Positions 21,588 to 31,498 of a stretch of DNA of 64,000 nucleotides are shown here, piece by piece. The translations under genes were made by a program, and so were the position numbers. The stretch lies in NCBI GenBank assembly GCA_965261595.1, contig CBDHDG010000005.1, positions 1,024,001-1,088,000 of the forward strand. The letters are read 5' to 3'. Within the stretch, counting starts at the first letter, position 1, and the number at the start of each line of letters is the position of its first letter. The stretch comes from a bacterium (GTDB taxonomy: Bacteria; UBA8248; JACPRG01; G963555815). A model generated the notes under the pieces. It worked only from the letters and a program-made list of their open reading frames with translations, did not search any database and was not told the origin of the DNA.

Positions 21588-22533
21588 GGGGCCGCCGGGG
21601 TGCGCCAAGAGCCAGATCGCCCAACAGGTGGCCGTCGATACAGGGCGCGAGTATATCGACGTCCGGGCGTTGCTTCTCGACCCCGTGGACCTGCGCGGCA
21701 TCCCCTGGCGCGACGGTTCGGACCGCACCCGCTGGGCCCCCCCGGCCTTCCTGCCGCCGTCCGATATGGACGGGCGCTGGCTCGTCAACCTGGAGGAGCT
21801 GCCCTCGGCCGTGCCCATGGTCCAGGCGGCCCTGTACCAGCACGTGCTCGACCGGCGCTGCGGCGAGTACGAGCTCCCCGAGGGCGCCTCTCTCATCGCT
21901 TGCGGCAACCGGGAGACCGACCGGGGCGTCACCCACCGCATGCCCACCCCGCTGGCCTCCAGGTTCGTCCACCTGGAGATCCGGGTGGACGTTCCGGACT
22001 GGTGCGCCTGGGGAGCGGCCAATGGTATTGCCCCCGAAGTGCTCTTCTTCATCCAGATGCGGCCCGAGCTGCTGCACCAGTTCGACCCGCAGTCGAGGGA
22101 GAAGGCCTTTCCGTGTCCGAGGACCTGGGAGTTCGTCTCCAACATCGTGCGCCAAAGGAACGGCCTCGATGCCGCCTCCGGGCGCGCCCTGTTCCGGGGG
22201 GCCGTGGGCGAGGCCGCCGCGGTCGAGTTCTCGGCCTTCCTCAAGGTCTGGCGGGAGCTGCCCCATCCCCGAACCGTGATCGACGATCCCGAGAACGCGG
22301 CCATCCTCGACAACGCCAGCGCCCTGATCGCCCTCTGCGGGTCGCTCTACAGATTGGCCGACGACATCAACCTGGGGTCCATCGTCGCCTACGCCAAAAG
22401 ACTCAGGCGCGAGGTCGGCGAGTTCCTCGTGGGCTCCTGCATCCGCCGCGATCCGGACCTTCAGCACAGTCCCGCCTTCATCCGCTGGGCCGCCGTCAAA
22501 ACCCGGTGACACCCTGTTTCGGAGATCAACGCC

Positions 22534-23432
22534 ATGAACCTCACCCAGGACGCCATGCTCGTGAGCCTCCGGATCAACGCCTGGTCCGGCAGGCTCCATG
22601 ACCGCCAGGCCAGCCGCCACGTGGCCATCCACCACGACGCCAGCGCCAGCGCCGGCCGCTACAACAAGCGGCTCCTGCCCAAGGCCGCCTTCGCCGCCTT
22701 GACCGCCACCATGAGCCAGGCGCGGACCACCCATTACGAGAACACCCTGCCCTGGGACGACAGGGAAGCCGGCTCCTGACCGTCGCCAACTATGAGCGCT
22801 ACACGGAGTTGCTGGACGCGCTGGGGGAGCGCGTGGCGCGCGAGCGGACCCGCTTCATCGAGGACTATGACGACCACATCGATCAGGCCCGTCTCGATCT
22901 GGGGCGCCTTTTCCGCATCGAGGACTATCCCTCCAAGGAGGCGCTACGGAACAGGTTCTCCATCGCCTACCGGATCGTCCCAGTGCCCGACGCGGACCAC
23001 TTCATGGCGAAGCTCGCCGCCGCCGACACCGAACGGGTCAAGCGCGACATCGAGCGCCGGATCGAGGAGCGCCTCCACGACGCCGTAGGTGACCTCTACC
23101 GGCGCCTGGGTGAGGCGGTCGAGCACGTGTCCGAGCGCCTGCGCGAGGACGGAGAGGGAAAACCCCTGGTGTTCCGCGACAGCCTGATCGAGAACATCCG
23201 GAGCCTGGTCGACGTTGTGCCCCGGCTCAACATCTTCGGCGACGACGAGCTGGCCCGGCTGTGCGAGCAGGTGAAGGACCGCATATCCGGCGTCGATCCG
23301 GACACGCTCCGTCCGTCGCGGACCTTCGATCCCGCTGTCCGCGCCCGGGTCAAGCGCGACGCCGACGCGCTGACGACGCAGTTCGCCGGCTACTTCGCGC
23401 CGGTCGACGCGGACGGCAGGGAGGCGGCCTGA
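22534..23432 (+). pseudogene. DUF3150-like protein with a 1-bp frameshift near 22762
   Basis: MNLTQDAMLVSLRINAWSG...TLPWDD continues in another frame as GSRLLTVANY...EDYPS...FRDSLIENI...RLNIFGD; lies between the AAA and vWA genes. Confidence 0.6.
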
Positions 23433-24661
23433 TGGACGAATCCAGGCGACGGATGAGCGACTGCGTGACCGCGCTCCTTCGAGACCAGCCCTTCTTCGGA
23501 AGCCTCGCGTTGCGGCTGCCCATTCGCGCCGACGCCGGCCGCGAGACCCTGGCCAGCGACGGGCGGGACATCCGCTATTCGCCTGAATGGGTCGCGGACA
23601 CGAACGCCGATCTCATCAAGACCGCGCTCGGCCGCGTGGTCCTGGCCTGCGCGCTCAAGCACCACACGAGAAGGGGAGACCGGGAACCGGAGCGCTGGCA
23701 GCTCGCCTCGCAGCTCGTCACGTACGGGCTCCTGCGGGACGCGGGCTTCGTCCTGCCGCCCGACGCCGAGGCCTGGGACGGCGTCAGCGTGGAGCAGGCC
23801 TACGACCGGCTCCCAAAGCCGCAGGACGACGGAACAGGACAGGACGGCGCATCGCGGTCCGTGAGCGGGGACAACGCCGGCAACGCGGCCGGCCCGCAAC
23901 CGGACGGCCATGATGACGGTTCCGACAGCCCCGCCGTTGACGGCCATCGACAAGGCCCGGAGGGTTCCGGCACGGGCGACGGGACCGACGGACCGCCGAG
24001 CTTCGATCCGAGCGGCACGGGCGAGGTCATGGACGCCGGCGCCCGTTGCGACGCCGGTGAGACGGACGACCCGCTCGACACAATGGCCGAGGAGCAGGCG
24101 TGGGACGAAGCCATGCACCAGGCCGCGAGCCTCGCCAAGGCCCAGGGCAAGACGCCGGGCGCCGTCGAGGAGACGATCCGAAACGCCCACCACAGCGTCC
24201 TCGACTGGCGGGCCCTGCTCCGCCGCTACATGACCGACGCCGCGCGGAGCGACTACACCTGGAGCCTCCCCAACCGCCGCTTCATCGACGGCGGCCTCTA
24301 TCTCCCCTCGATCCGTTCCGAGGGCATCGAGGCCATCGCCGTCATCATCGACACCTCGGCCTCTTTGCGGCCAGAGACCCTCTCGATGTTCTGGGCCGAG
24401 GTCCGGGAGATGGCCGCCGAGCTCCGGCCCGAGAGCGTCGTGGTCCTTCAGGTCGACGCCGCCCTGCAGGACGTCACCGAGCATTCGGCCGGCGACCTGC
24501 CCGAGAGCATCGTATTGAAGGGCAGGGGCGGCACGGATTTCCGGCCCGGATTCGAGTATCCCCATGAGCATGGACATCGGCCGGGCTGCTGCCTCTACCT
24601 GACCGACATGGAGTGCCGCAGCTACCCAGAGACCGAGCCAAACTACCCGGTGATCTGGTGC
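23432..24661 (+). CDS. DUF2201-type vWA-domain protein, C-terminus cut by a second RIT-like insertion
   Basis: QPFFGSLAL, LASDG, DWRALLRRY, PNRRF...YLPS, MIDAS-like IDTSAS, GRGGTDFRP, YLTD, PVIW. Confidence 0.85.
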
Positions 24662-24687
24662 CTATCTTGCGCGCAAGATAGGCACCA
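24656..24687. repeat. Second perfect 32-bp palindrome at a RIT-like junction
   Basis: TGGTGC-CTATCTTGCGCGCAAGATAG-GCACCA. Confidence 0.95.
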
Positions 24688-25370
24688 CTATTTCGCGAAC
24701 CGGCCTATGTGGCGTAATCAGGAATGCGTAACGATATCTGATTGAACGGCTTGCAGAATCGCGCGACCGGCGTCTGAGCTACGCGACATAGTAGAGGCTC
24801 CAACAGCAACTCACTGAGGAGAAGGAGCCTGCTATGAGGTATCCGATCAACGACCGATTTGTCTTGCAACGACGCCCAGTCGGGCCGCTGGTCCCGTGGC
24901 TGAGGGGACTTGCAGAAGCATTGAACGCCCGGAAGTATTCTCACGAGACGATCCAAAATCAGCTGCGGCAGATAGTTCTCTTCAGCGAATGGCTTGAGCA
25001 GCAGCAAATCGAGCTGCCCAGCCTGTCGTTTGAAGAGGTAACTCTATACTTGCGGACAAGAAGCCTGCGCTCTCAATAACTGAGCGCCCGGCCTTCTCTC
25101 AGGCATCTGATGGATTACTTGCGATGCGTGGGCGTGATCTCCCCGGAGGAACCCGTCCGTCCCCCGACACCGGCTGAACGCTGTGTACAAAAGTACGCGC
25201 AGTATCTGCGCGAGCAGCGTGATCTGGCCGACGGCACCATTGTGAATTACGCCATCCGAGCCCGCAATTTCCTCCAGCACCAGTTTGGTAACGGAGAGGT
25301 GGTGCTGGCGCAGCTGAACGCTGGCGATGTGATTGCGTTTGTGCGCCATGAGACGGCCCGATTGACCAGC
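24662..25370 (+). mobile_element. Truncated second RIT-like element (one end plus RitA N-terminal fragments)
   Basis: ORFs 24834..25079 (GPLVPWL...YSHETI...FSEWL) and 25110.. (YAQYLREQRDLADGTIVNY...FL) resemble integrase N-terminal domains; end motif CTATT-N12-CTATG. Confidence 0.7.
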
Positions 25371-25525
25371 CGGGGGAGCATGATGGCTCCGTCCGGCGCT
25401 GTATCGCCGCTACGCCGCGCTCGAGCGGCGCATCGGCCACACGCTGTCGCCGTCGCGAATCCCCCTGCCCGAACTGACGGGCGTGCCGGCCGAGGCCGGG
25501 CAAACCCCCTCCGAAGGAGTCCCGC

Positions 25526-25918
25526 ATGCCCCTGGATACCGCCGTGACCGAGCGCGCCGCCCGGATCCTGATCGAACGTGATCCGGGTCCCGGCGACCGG
25601 CTCGACGCCTTTCTCCTGCTCGCCGGCCAGGAGTATCTGTGGCGCCGCCGAGACCGCTCCGGCGCCGACTTCGGCGCGGCGGTCCGCATGTACGAGGCCG
25701 CGATCGGCCGGCCCCTCCCGAGGCCGGCGTCGCTCCCCTTCTTCGGCGCGGTCAAGCGCCGGCGCATCGAGCGTCGCCGGGAAGTCGCCGTCTGGCTCGC
25801 GGGCCGCTTCCTCGGCTGGCTGTACAGCCCCGATGGCCGGGGCCGCGCTTCCGAGACGGACTGGCGTCTCGACGGCAGCCTGTCGATCTGCCGGGGCTGC
25901 CGTACGAAACGGCCCTGA
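25526..25918 (+). CDS. Hypothetical protein (130 aa)
   Basis: AAGGAG RBS; GC3-biased codons; co-oriented with the backbone. Confidence 0.6.
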   Translation: MPLDTAVTERAARILIERDPGPGDRLDAFLLLAGQEYLWRRRDRSGADFGAAVRMYEAAIGRPLPRPASLPFFGAVKRRRIERRREVAVWLAGRFLGWLYSPDGRGRASETDWRLDGSLSICRGCRTKRP

Positions 25919-26214
25919 AGGAGCCTCCCCGTTCGCTTCCACATGCCGAGCGCCGCGTGATCGAGCTCGCTCTCGCGAACGTCGTCGACCCCGGCGTCGA
26001 GGGTGTCGCCCGTGAGCCGCACCGTTGACGGCACGCCGGCGCCGCCACCGCTTCCCCGCCGAGCCGACCTGCCGCCCCGGCATCCTCCCGCAATCCGCCT
26101 CCCGGTCCCGCGTGCGCGCCCCCGTGAGGCCGAGCCGGGCCGGGGCCGGTCGCAGGCCGGACGGCCGGAGCGGTCGTTCCCCGCGCCATCCACTTTCATC
26201 CATGGGAGATACGC

Positions 26215-28542
26215 ATGAACCGCATCGCTTCCCCGCCCGAACCCGTCATCCGAACCATCCCGCTGAGCCGGCTGGACCTGGCCCCGGAGAACGTGCGCAA
26301 GACCCCGGCCGGCTCGGCTGGGATCGCCGAGCTCAAGGCCTCCATCGCAGCCCACGGTCTGCTCGAGAACCTGGTCGCCCGGGCCCAAGGCCCCGGTCCG
26401 GACGGCATCGGCCGCTACGCGGTCATCGCCGGCGGGCGCCGTCTCGTCGCCCTGCAGGCTCTCGTCAGCGATGGTGTGCTCGATGAGGACCACCCCGTGC
26501 CCTGTTTGATTGCCGTCAATGGCGATTGCGGAGAGCTGTCTCTCGCAGAGAACGTGGTCCGCATCGCCATGCACCCGGCCGACCAGGTGATCGCGTTCTA
26601 CAGGCTCGCCGAATCCGGCGTGACGATATCCGCGATCGCCGCGCGCTTCGGCATCTCCGAGCGCCTGGTCGAACAGCGCCTGCGGCTCGGCCGTGCGGCC
26701 CCGGAACTGCTCGACGCCTACCGGGCCGAGGAGATCGACCTGGAGACCCTGAAGGTCTTCGCGGTCACGACCGACCACGGCCGCCAGAGGGCGGTCTGGG
26801 CCCAGGTGAAGGACCAGGGCTGCCGGCCAGGGGCCTGGCAGGTGAGGCGCATGCTGACCGAGGACCGCGTGCCGGGAACCGCCGCCATCGCGCGCTTCGT
26901 CGGTATCGATGCCTACGAGGCCGCGGGCGGGACCATCACCCGGGACCTCTTCGCACAGGAGGACGACCGCGGGATCTGGTTCGACGATCCCGTGCTCCTG
27001 AACAAGCTCGCCATGCAGAAGCTCCAGGACACGGCGGACGAGCTGGACACCTGCTGGAAGTGGGCCGAGGCGGCGCCGGAGGCCGACTGGAGCGCGACCG
27101 CGCGGTTCGGGCGCATCCGGCCCGAGCCCGCGGAGCCGACCGACGAGGAGCGGGCCGAGCTCCAGCGGCTGAGCGCCCGCCATGACGAGTTCGCCGACAT
27201 GGACGACGAGGACTGGACTGGGGAGCTCGTGGAAGAGGCCGAAGGCATCGAGAGGCGTCTCGACGAGATCCACGCGGCCGTGGAAGCGCGAGCCACCTTC
27301 CGGCCCCAGGACATGGCCATGGCCGGGTGCATCGCGACCATCGGCCAGGACGGCGCGCTCCAGGTCATCCAGGGCCTGGTCAGGCCCGAGGACATGCCGG
27401 AGACCACCGGCGAGGGCGGAGACGTCCAGGAGGCCGGCAACGACGGCGTCGGAACCGAATCCGGCCGCATGGATGGCCCCGCGATCTCGGCCCCTATCGC
27501 TTTGCCTCCCGACCCGCGCGCCAAGGCCCGGGAGGAGGCCGGAGTGGGCATCGGCCTCGCCGACGACCTGCGGGCTGTCCGCACGGCCCTGGTCAAGGCA
27601 CATCTGGCCAAGGACTACGAGGCGGCGTTCGATCTCATGCTGTTCCAGCTCGCCCGGGCCGTGTTCACGAACGTCCACAGGGCCGACGCCCTCGACGTCG
27701 CCGTCAAGGAGACCGCCGACCGGCCCGCGTCGCGCATGAACGACGAGGCGTTCGCCGGATGGAGCCCGGGCGAGGCCATGCTCGCGGACCGCTCAGGCCT
27801 CTCCCTCGACTGGATGGAGAAGGACGGCGAAGGCGAAGCCTTCGCGGCCTTGCGGGCCCTTCCCCAGGCGGAGAAGCAAGCCCTGTTCTCAGCAGCCGTG
27901 GCACGCACGGTCAAGGGCCAGCTCGCCTTCGAGCCGGACGCCCGGCCCGAGCTGGAAGCCACCATCGCCCGGCTCGACATCGACTTCACCGCCCATGTAC
28001 GACCAAGCGCGGACATGCTCTGGTCGCGCATTCGCAAGGACCGGATCCTCGCCGTGGCGCGCGAGACCCTGGGCCCTGCCTGGGCCTCGGCGCGGTCGAA
28101 GTACAAGAAGGCCGACCTCGCCAAGGCGATGGAAGGGGCTTTCGCGACCGGAGACCCGCCCGTCGGACTGGCCGCCTCGGCCCGAGCCGCCGCTCTCGCC
28201 TGGACGCCGCCCGGCTTCGCGCCTTTCGACGCCGGACGCATGGACGACACGGACACGGACGTCCCGCCGGTGGCCGAAGGCGACGGTGAACCGGAACCCG
28301 ATCCCGCTCCGGTCCCGGACACCATGGAAGCCGTTGATGACGGCGTCCCCGATACCACCGGCGGCGATGCGTCGGAGACCTCGGGTCCCGGAATGCCTGC
28401 GAACAAGGAGCCCGGCCCGGATACCGCCGATGACGGGCCCACCATCGACGTCTCGCGCGAGAACGTCCTCACCCCGCCACGGACCAACGGCCGCGACAGC
28501 GGCGACGGACTCGACATTCCCGAGTTCCTGCGCCGGGCCTGA
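26215..28542 (+). CDS. ParB/RepB/Spo0J N-terminal-domain protein of the plasmid/ICE type
   Basis: ENVRKT, ELKASIAAHGLLENLV, VIAGGRRL, SLAENVVR, HPADQ, HTH IAARFG...VEQRLRL, YEAAGG..RDLF. Confidence 0.9.
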   Translation: MNRIASPPEPVIRTIPLSRLDLAPENVRKTPAGSAGIAELKASIAAHGLLENLVARAQGPGPDGIGRYAVIAGGRRLVALQALVSDGVLDEDHPVPCLIAVNGDCGELSLAENVVRIAMHPADQVIAFYRLAESGVTISAIAARFGISERLVEQRLRLGRAAPELLDAYRAEEIDLETLKVFAVTTDHGRQRAVWAQVKDQGCRPGAWQVRRMLTEDRVPGTAAIARFVGIDAYEAAGGTITRDLFAQEDDRGIWFDDPVLLNKLAMQKLQDTADELDTCWKWAEAAPEADWSATARFGRIRPEPAEPTDEERAELQRLSARHDEFADMDDEDWTGELVEEAEGIERRLDEIHAAVEARATFRPQDMAMAGCIATIGQDGALQVIQGLVRPEDMPETTGEGGDVQEAGNDGVGTESGRMDGPAISAPIALPPDPRAKAREEAGVGIGLADDLRAVRTALVKAHLAKDYEAAFDLMLFQLARAVFTNVHRADALDVAVKETADRPASRMNDEAFAGWSPGEAMLADRSGLSLDWMEKDGEGEAFAALRALPQAEKQALFSAAVARTVKGQLAFEPDARPELEATIARLDIDFTAHVRPSADMLWSRIRKDRILAVARETLGPAWASARSKYKKADLAKAMEGAFATGDPPVGLAASARAAALAWTPPGFAPFDAGRMDDTDTDVPPVAEGDGEPEPDPAPVPDTMEAVDDGVPDTTGGDASETSGPGMPANKEPGPDTADDGPTIDVSRENVLTPPRTNGRDSGDGLDIPEFLRRA

Positions 28543-28568
28543 ACCGTCCCCGCATTCCCATCCCTCAT

Positions 28569-28603
28569 GCGCCCCGCCGGTCCCGCGCCGGCGGGGCGCT
28601 TTT
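28569..28603 (+). terminator. Intrinsic terminator after the ParB gene
   Basis: GCGCCCCGCCGG-loop-CCGGCGGGGCGC followed by TTTT. Confidence 0.65.
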
Positions 28604-28634
28604 CGTTTCGGCCGCTTCCACGGAGACTATCGCC

Positions 28635-30383
28635 ATGAACGACATTCCCGACGCGGCGCCCCGGCCCTGGCTTGGCCGCATCCGGGCGAGGATCCATGAC
28701 AGCGCCCTCCAGCGCGTCACCCGGCTCTGGGCCGCCACAACCATCGACACCCTCGTCGAGAGTTTCCAGAATGGCAGAAGGGCCGGCGCGACGCGCGTGT
28801 CGGTGATCGTTACCGATCCCGCCGGTGAGCCATCCGACAACAGCGCCCTGACCGTCACCGTCACCGATGACGGCATCGGCATCGCCGATCCTGCCGTGCT
28901 CCTGAGTCTTGGCGAGACCGGATGGGACGGGGAGCTTGCCGGCCGAGAGGACGCGGCCGGGATGGGATTCGCCAGCCATGCCCGCCAAGGCTGCCGCATC
29001 GCCTCGCGCTCCCGCTCCGACAGTGGAAAACCCGGCCCCGGCTGGCGCGTCGATCTCACGCCCGCGCATTTCCTGGGGGAGGAGGAGGCGACCGTCGTCC
29101 CGGAGGACGGCGGATCTTGGCCCCATGGCACGGCCGTCAGCTTCACGGCCTCGGGCGACCGCGATTCGATCCGCCGGGCGGTCGAAGCCGCGGCCCGCCA
29201 TTATCCGCTCCCGGTCACACTTGACGGGGAGACCGTGCCCCGCCGGGCCTTTCTCGACGGGGCCGTTGACGCCGAGCCTTGGCGGGGACTCGTCTTCGGC
29301 GTGTTCGTGGGCCGCAGCCGCGGCTGCAGCGAGCCCGACCTCAACTTCCACGGTCTGACCCTGCCCGTGCGCCTGCCCACGGTCGATCCCGTGACCGGCC
29401 AGACCTGGTCGATCCGCGCCGAGGTTGCGAGCTGTCCCGAACTGGAGCTCGTTCTGCCGGCGAGGAAGGAGGCGGTCGAGACCCCTTTCCTGAACGAGAC
29501 GCGAGAGGCCGCGCGGCTCGCCGTCTACCGAGCCATGGCGTCGACCGAGGCGCCGCCGCGCATCGCCTTCGAGGACTGGACCCGGGCGCGCGAAGCCGGG
29601 ATCGAGCTTCCGATACCGTCCCTCCAACTGCGTCCCTGGCGGCCCTGCATCGCCGATATCGACGATTGGCGCGAGGCGCCCGCTCTCGCATCCGTATCCA
29701 ACGACGCGCTCGTGATGCACGTGGATCCCGAACCGCCCGAATCCCAGGCCCTCTGGCGCGCCGCCGAACATGGCGGGATGACCCCACGGCTCTTCGAGGC
29801 CGACCGCCGGCTTGACGGCTACGGCTGGTACGACGCGCTTCCCCGCGTCACCGATGTCCGCACCGAGATCGTGACCGGCGGCGAGGCCCGTCCGCTGGAG
29901 GACTACCGGACTCCGTCAGAAGGGTCCAGCCCCATCGAGCCGCCTCCACGGCCGGATTGGATCCGCATTTGCCTCGATGTCGAGGGCGTGAACGGCAAGA
30001 CCAAGACCCTCGATCTCGACGCCGATCTCGCATTTTCCGGAGAAGCCTGGGTCTGGCTTCCCGATGCGAAGCCGCTGGTCACGGCCGGGAGCGCCCTCGA
30101 GCCCGCCGAACTCGCCGAGCTGCTGCGCGCCGCCTACTTTTCTCCGTCGGATGAAGCGGATTCCGACAGTTGGGAGACCCAGCGCCTGCGTTTCGACGAA
30201 GAGGCCATGCACATAGCCGTGAAGCTCCTTTGCTCGGCGGACGAGGCCCGCCGGACATCCATCACCGAAGCGGTCAGGCGCGAGTTGTTCTGGCTCATCC
30301 CCCGGGACCGCGAGGTCACCATTGCCGTGCGCGGCCGGGAGGTCAGCGTCGAGCTCGGCGCCGTCAGGGAGACTGCGGGATGA
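28635..30383 (+). CDS. GHKL (HATPase_c-like) ATP-binding protein
   Basis: ESFQNGRRAGAT (N box), VTDDGIGI (G1), AGMGF (G2), GTAVSF. Confidence 0.8.
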   Translation: MNDIPDAAPRPWLGRIRARIHDSALQRVTRLWAATTIDTLVESFQNGRRAGATRVSVIVTDPAGEPSDNSALTVTVTDDGIGIADPAVLLSLGETGWDGELAGREDAAGMGFASHARQGCRIASRSRSDSGKPGPGWRVDLTPAHFLGEEEATVVPEDGGSWPHGTAVSFTASGDRDSIRRAVEAAARHYPLPVTLDGETVPRRAFLDGAVDAEPWRGLVFGVFVGRSRGCSEPDLNFHGLTLPVRLPTVDPVTGQTWSIRAEVASCPELELVLPARKEAVETPFLNETREAARLAVYRAMASTEAPPRIAFEDWTRAREAGIELPIPSLQLRPWRPCIADIDDWREAPALASVSNDALVMHVDPEPPESQALWRAAEHGGMTPRLFEADRRLDGYGWYDALPRVTDVRTEIVTGGEARPLEDYRTPSEGSSPIEPPPRPDWIRICLDVEGVNGKTKTLDLDADLAFSGEAWVWLPDAKPLVTAGSALEPAELAELLRAAYFSPSDEADSDSWETQRLRFDEEAMHIAVKLLCSADEARRTSITEAVRRELFWLIPRDREVTIAVRGREVSVELGAVRETAG

Positions 30384-30871
30384 AGAAGCCATACGCCGTC
30401 CAGTGCGCCCATGCGGCGTATTACGGCAACATCGTCACCGTCGAGGCCGACACCCTTGACGAGGCCCTGGACAAGGCGATCCAGGAAGCCGACGGCGATG
30501 CGGACGGCTGGCGTTCCATGGACGACGCCGGCCCGACCTTCGTCGTCGAAGCCCGCGAGGGAACCCACCTCGATCCCTTGGATCGCAAGACCCCGGCGCT
30601 TCCCATTCCCGACCGGTTCACCGAGCAGGGCGAGCCGCCGGTGGTCACCCTGATAGATCCCGGTCAGCCAGGCGGCGGCGCTATCGAGGTTTCCCGGGGC
30701 CGGGTTCTGCTTTGCTTCACGACCCGGAACGGAACGGTCACGGGCGAGGTTTCCGATCCGCCCCATCCCCCGGCCAACCACCCCCTCGTCGTCATCCGGC
30801 GCCGCGCCGACGGCGCGCCCGACGTCACCGTGACCGAGGGCCGGGCCCGGGTCCGCATCCTCTACCCCTGA
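30380..30871 (+). CDS. Hypothetical protein
   Basis: ATG overlaps the upstream TGA (MKKPYAVQCAH...); GC3-biased. Confidence 0.6.
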   Translation: MKKPYAVQCAHAAYYGNIVTVEADTLDEALDKAIQEADGDADGWRSMDDAGPTFVVEAREGTHLDPLDRKTPALPIPDRFTEQGEPPVVTLIDPGQPGGGAIEVSRGRVLLCFTTRNGTVTGEVSDPPHPPANHPLVVIRRRADGAPDVTVTEGRARVRILYP

Positions 30872-30964
30872 CCCCGGCTTCCCGCCGCCGGCCGGACGGG
30901 CGGAGGCGCTGGAGCGTCTCTGGCCTCTCCACATCCGCCCTTCACGTACTGGAGAACCCGACCC

Positions 30965-31369
30965 ATGAAACTCATGACCGAAAAGCAGCGCAAAAAACTG
31001 CTCGCCAACGGCGCCGACCGCGGGGCCGACCACGTGCCCGTGGTCAAGCTCTTCAACCCCTGCGGAGCGGGAACGTGGATCGTCACGGAGCTGGATCCCG
31101 AGGATCCCTCCGTGGCTTTCGGACTCGCGGATCTCGGCTTCGGCTTTCCCGAGCTGGGCAGTTTCAGTCTCGAAGAACTGGAAGCCTTCCGGGGCCCGTT
31201 CGGCCTCGGGATCGAGCGTGACCTTCATTTCGAGGGCAAGTACGCGATTTCCACCTATGCCGAAGCCGCCCGGGCCGCCGGCCATATCGTCGAGTACGGG
31301 CCTGAACTCGACGCCGCCGCGCACCGCCGCACCCACGCGGCAGAGGACGGGAACACGGTTCCCGCATAA
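30965..31369 (+). CDS. DUF2958 family protein
   Basis: LLANG, PVVKLFNP.GAGTW..TELDP, FGLADLGFGFPELG..SL.EL, IERDLHF. Confidence 0.88.
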   Translation: MKLMTEKQRKKLLANGADRGADHVPVVKLFNPCGAGTWIVTELDPEDPSVAFGLADLGFGFPELGSFSLEELEAFRGPFGLGIERDLHFEGKYAISTYAEAARAAGHIVEYGPELDAAAHRRTHAAEDGNTVPA

Positions 31370-31498
31370 CCCTACCCATCCGCGCGGGCGCAGCGCAACG
31401 AGGCCGAGCTTGGCCCGGCCGGGTCGATCCGTGAGACGCGGGGGAGCGTTTCCCCCCGCCGGCCCCCGACTTCCACGACTTCCGAGGAGAAGACCCCC

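Larger units (their letters stand above)
17783..22509 (+). pseudogene. MoxR-like AAA+ ATPase interrupted at Walker A by a RIT element
   Basis: MTDTISADYTLRPSEL...QPAIVW (17783-17880) rejoins GPPGCAKSQIAQQVA (from 21588); Walker B LVNLEEL, ACGNRETD, LASRFVH, FPCPRTWE. Confidence 0.85.
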
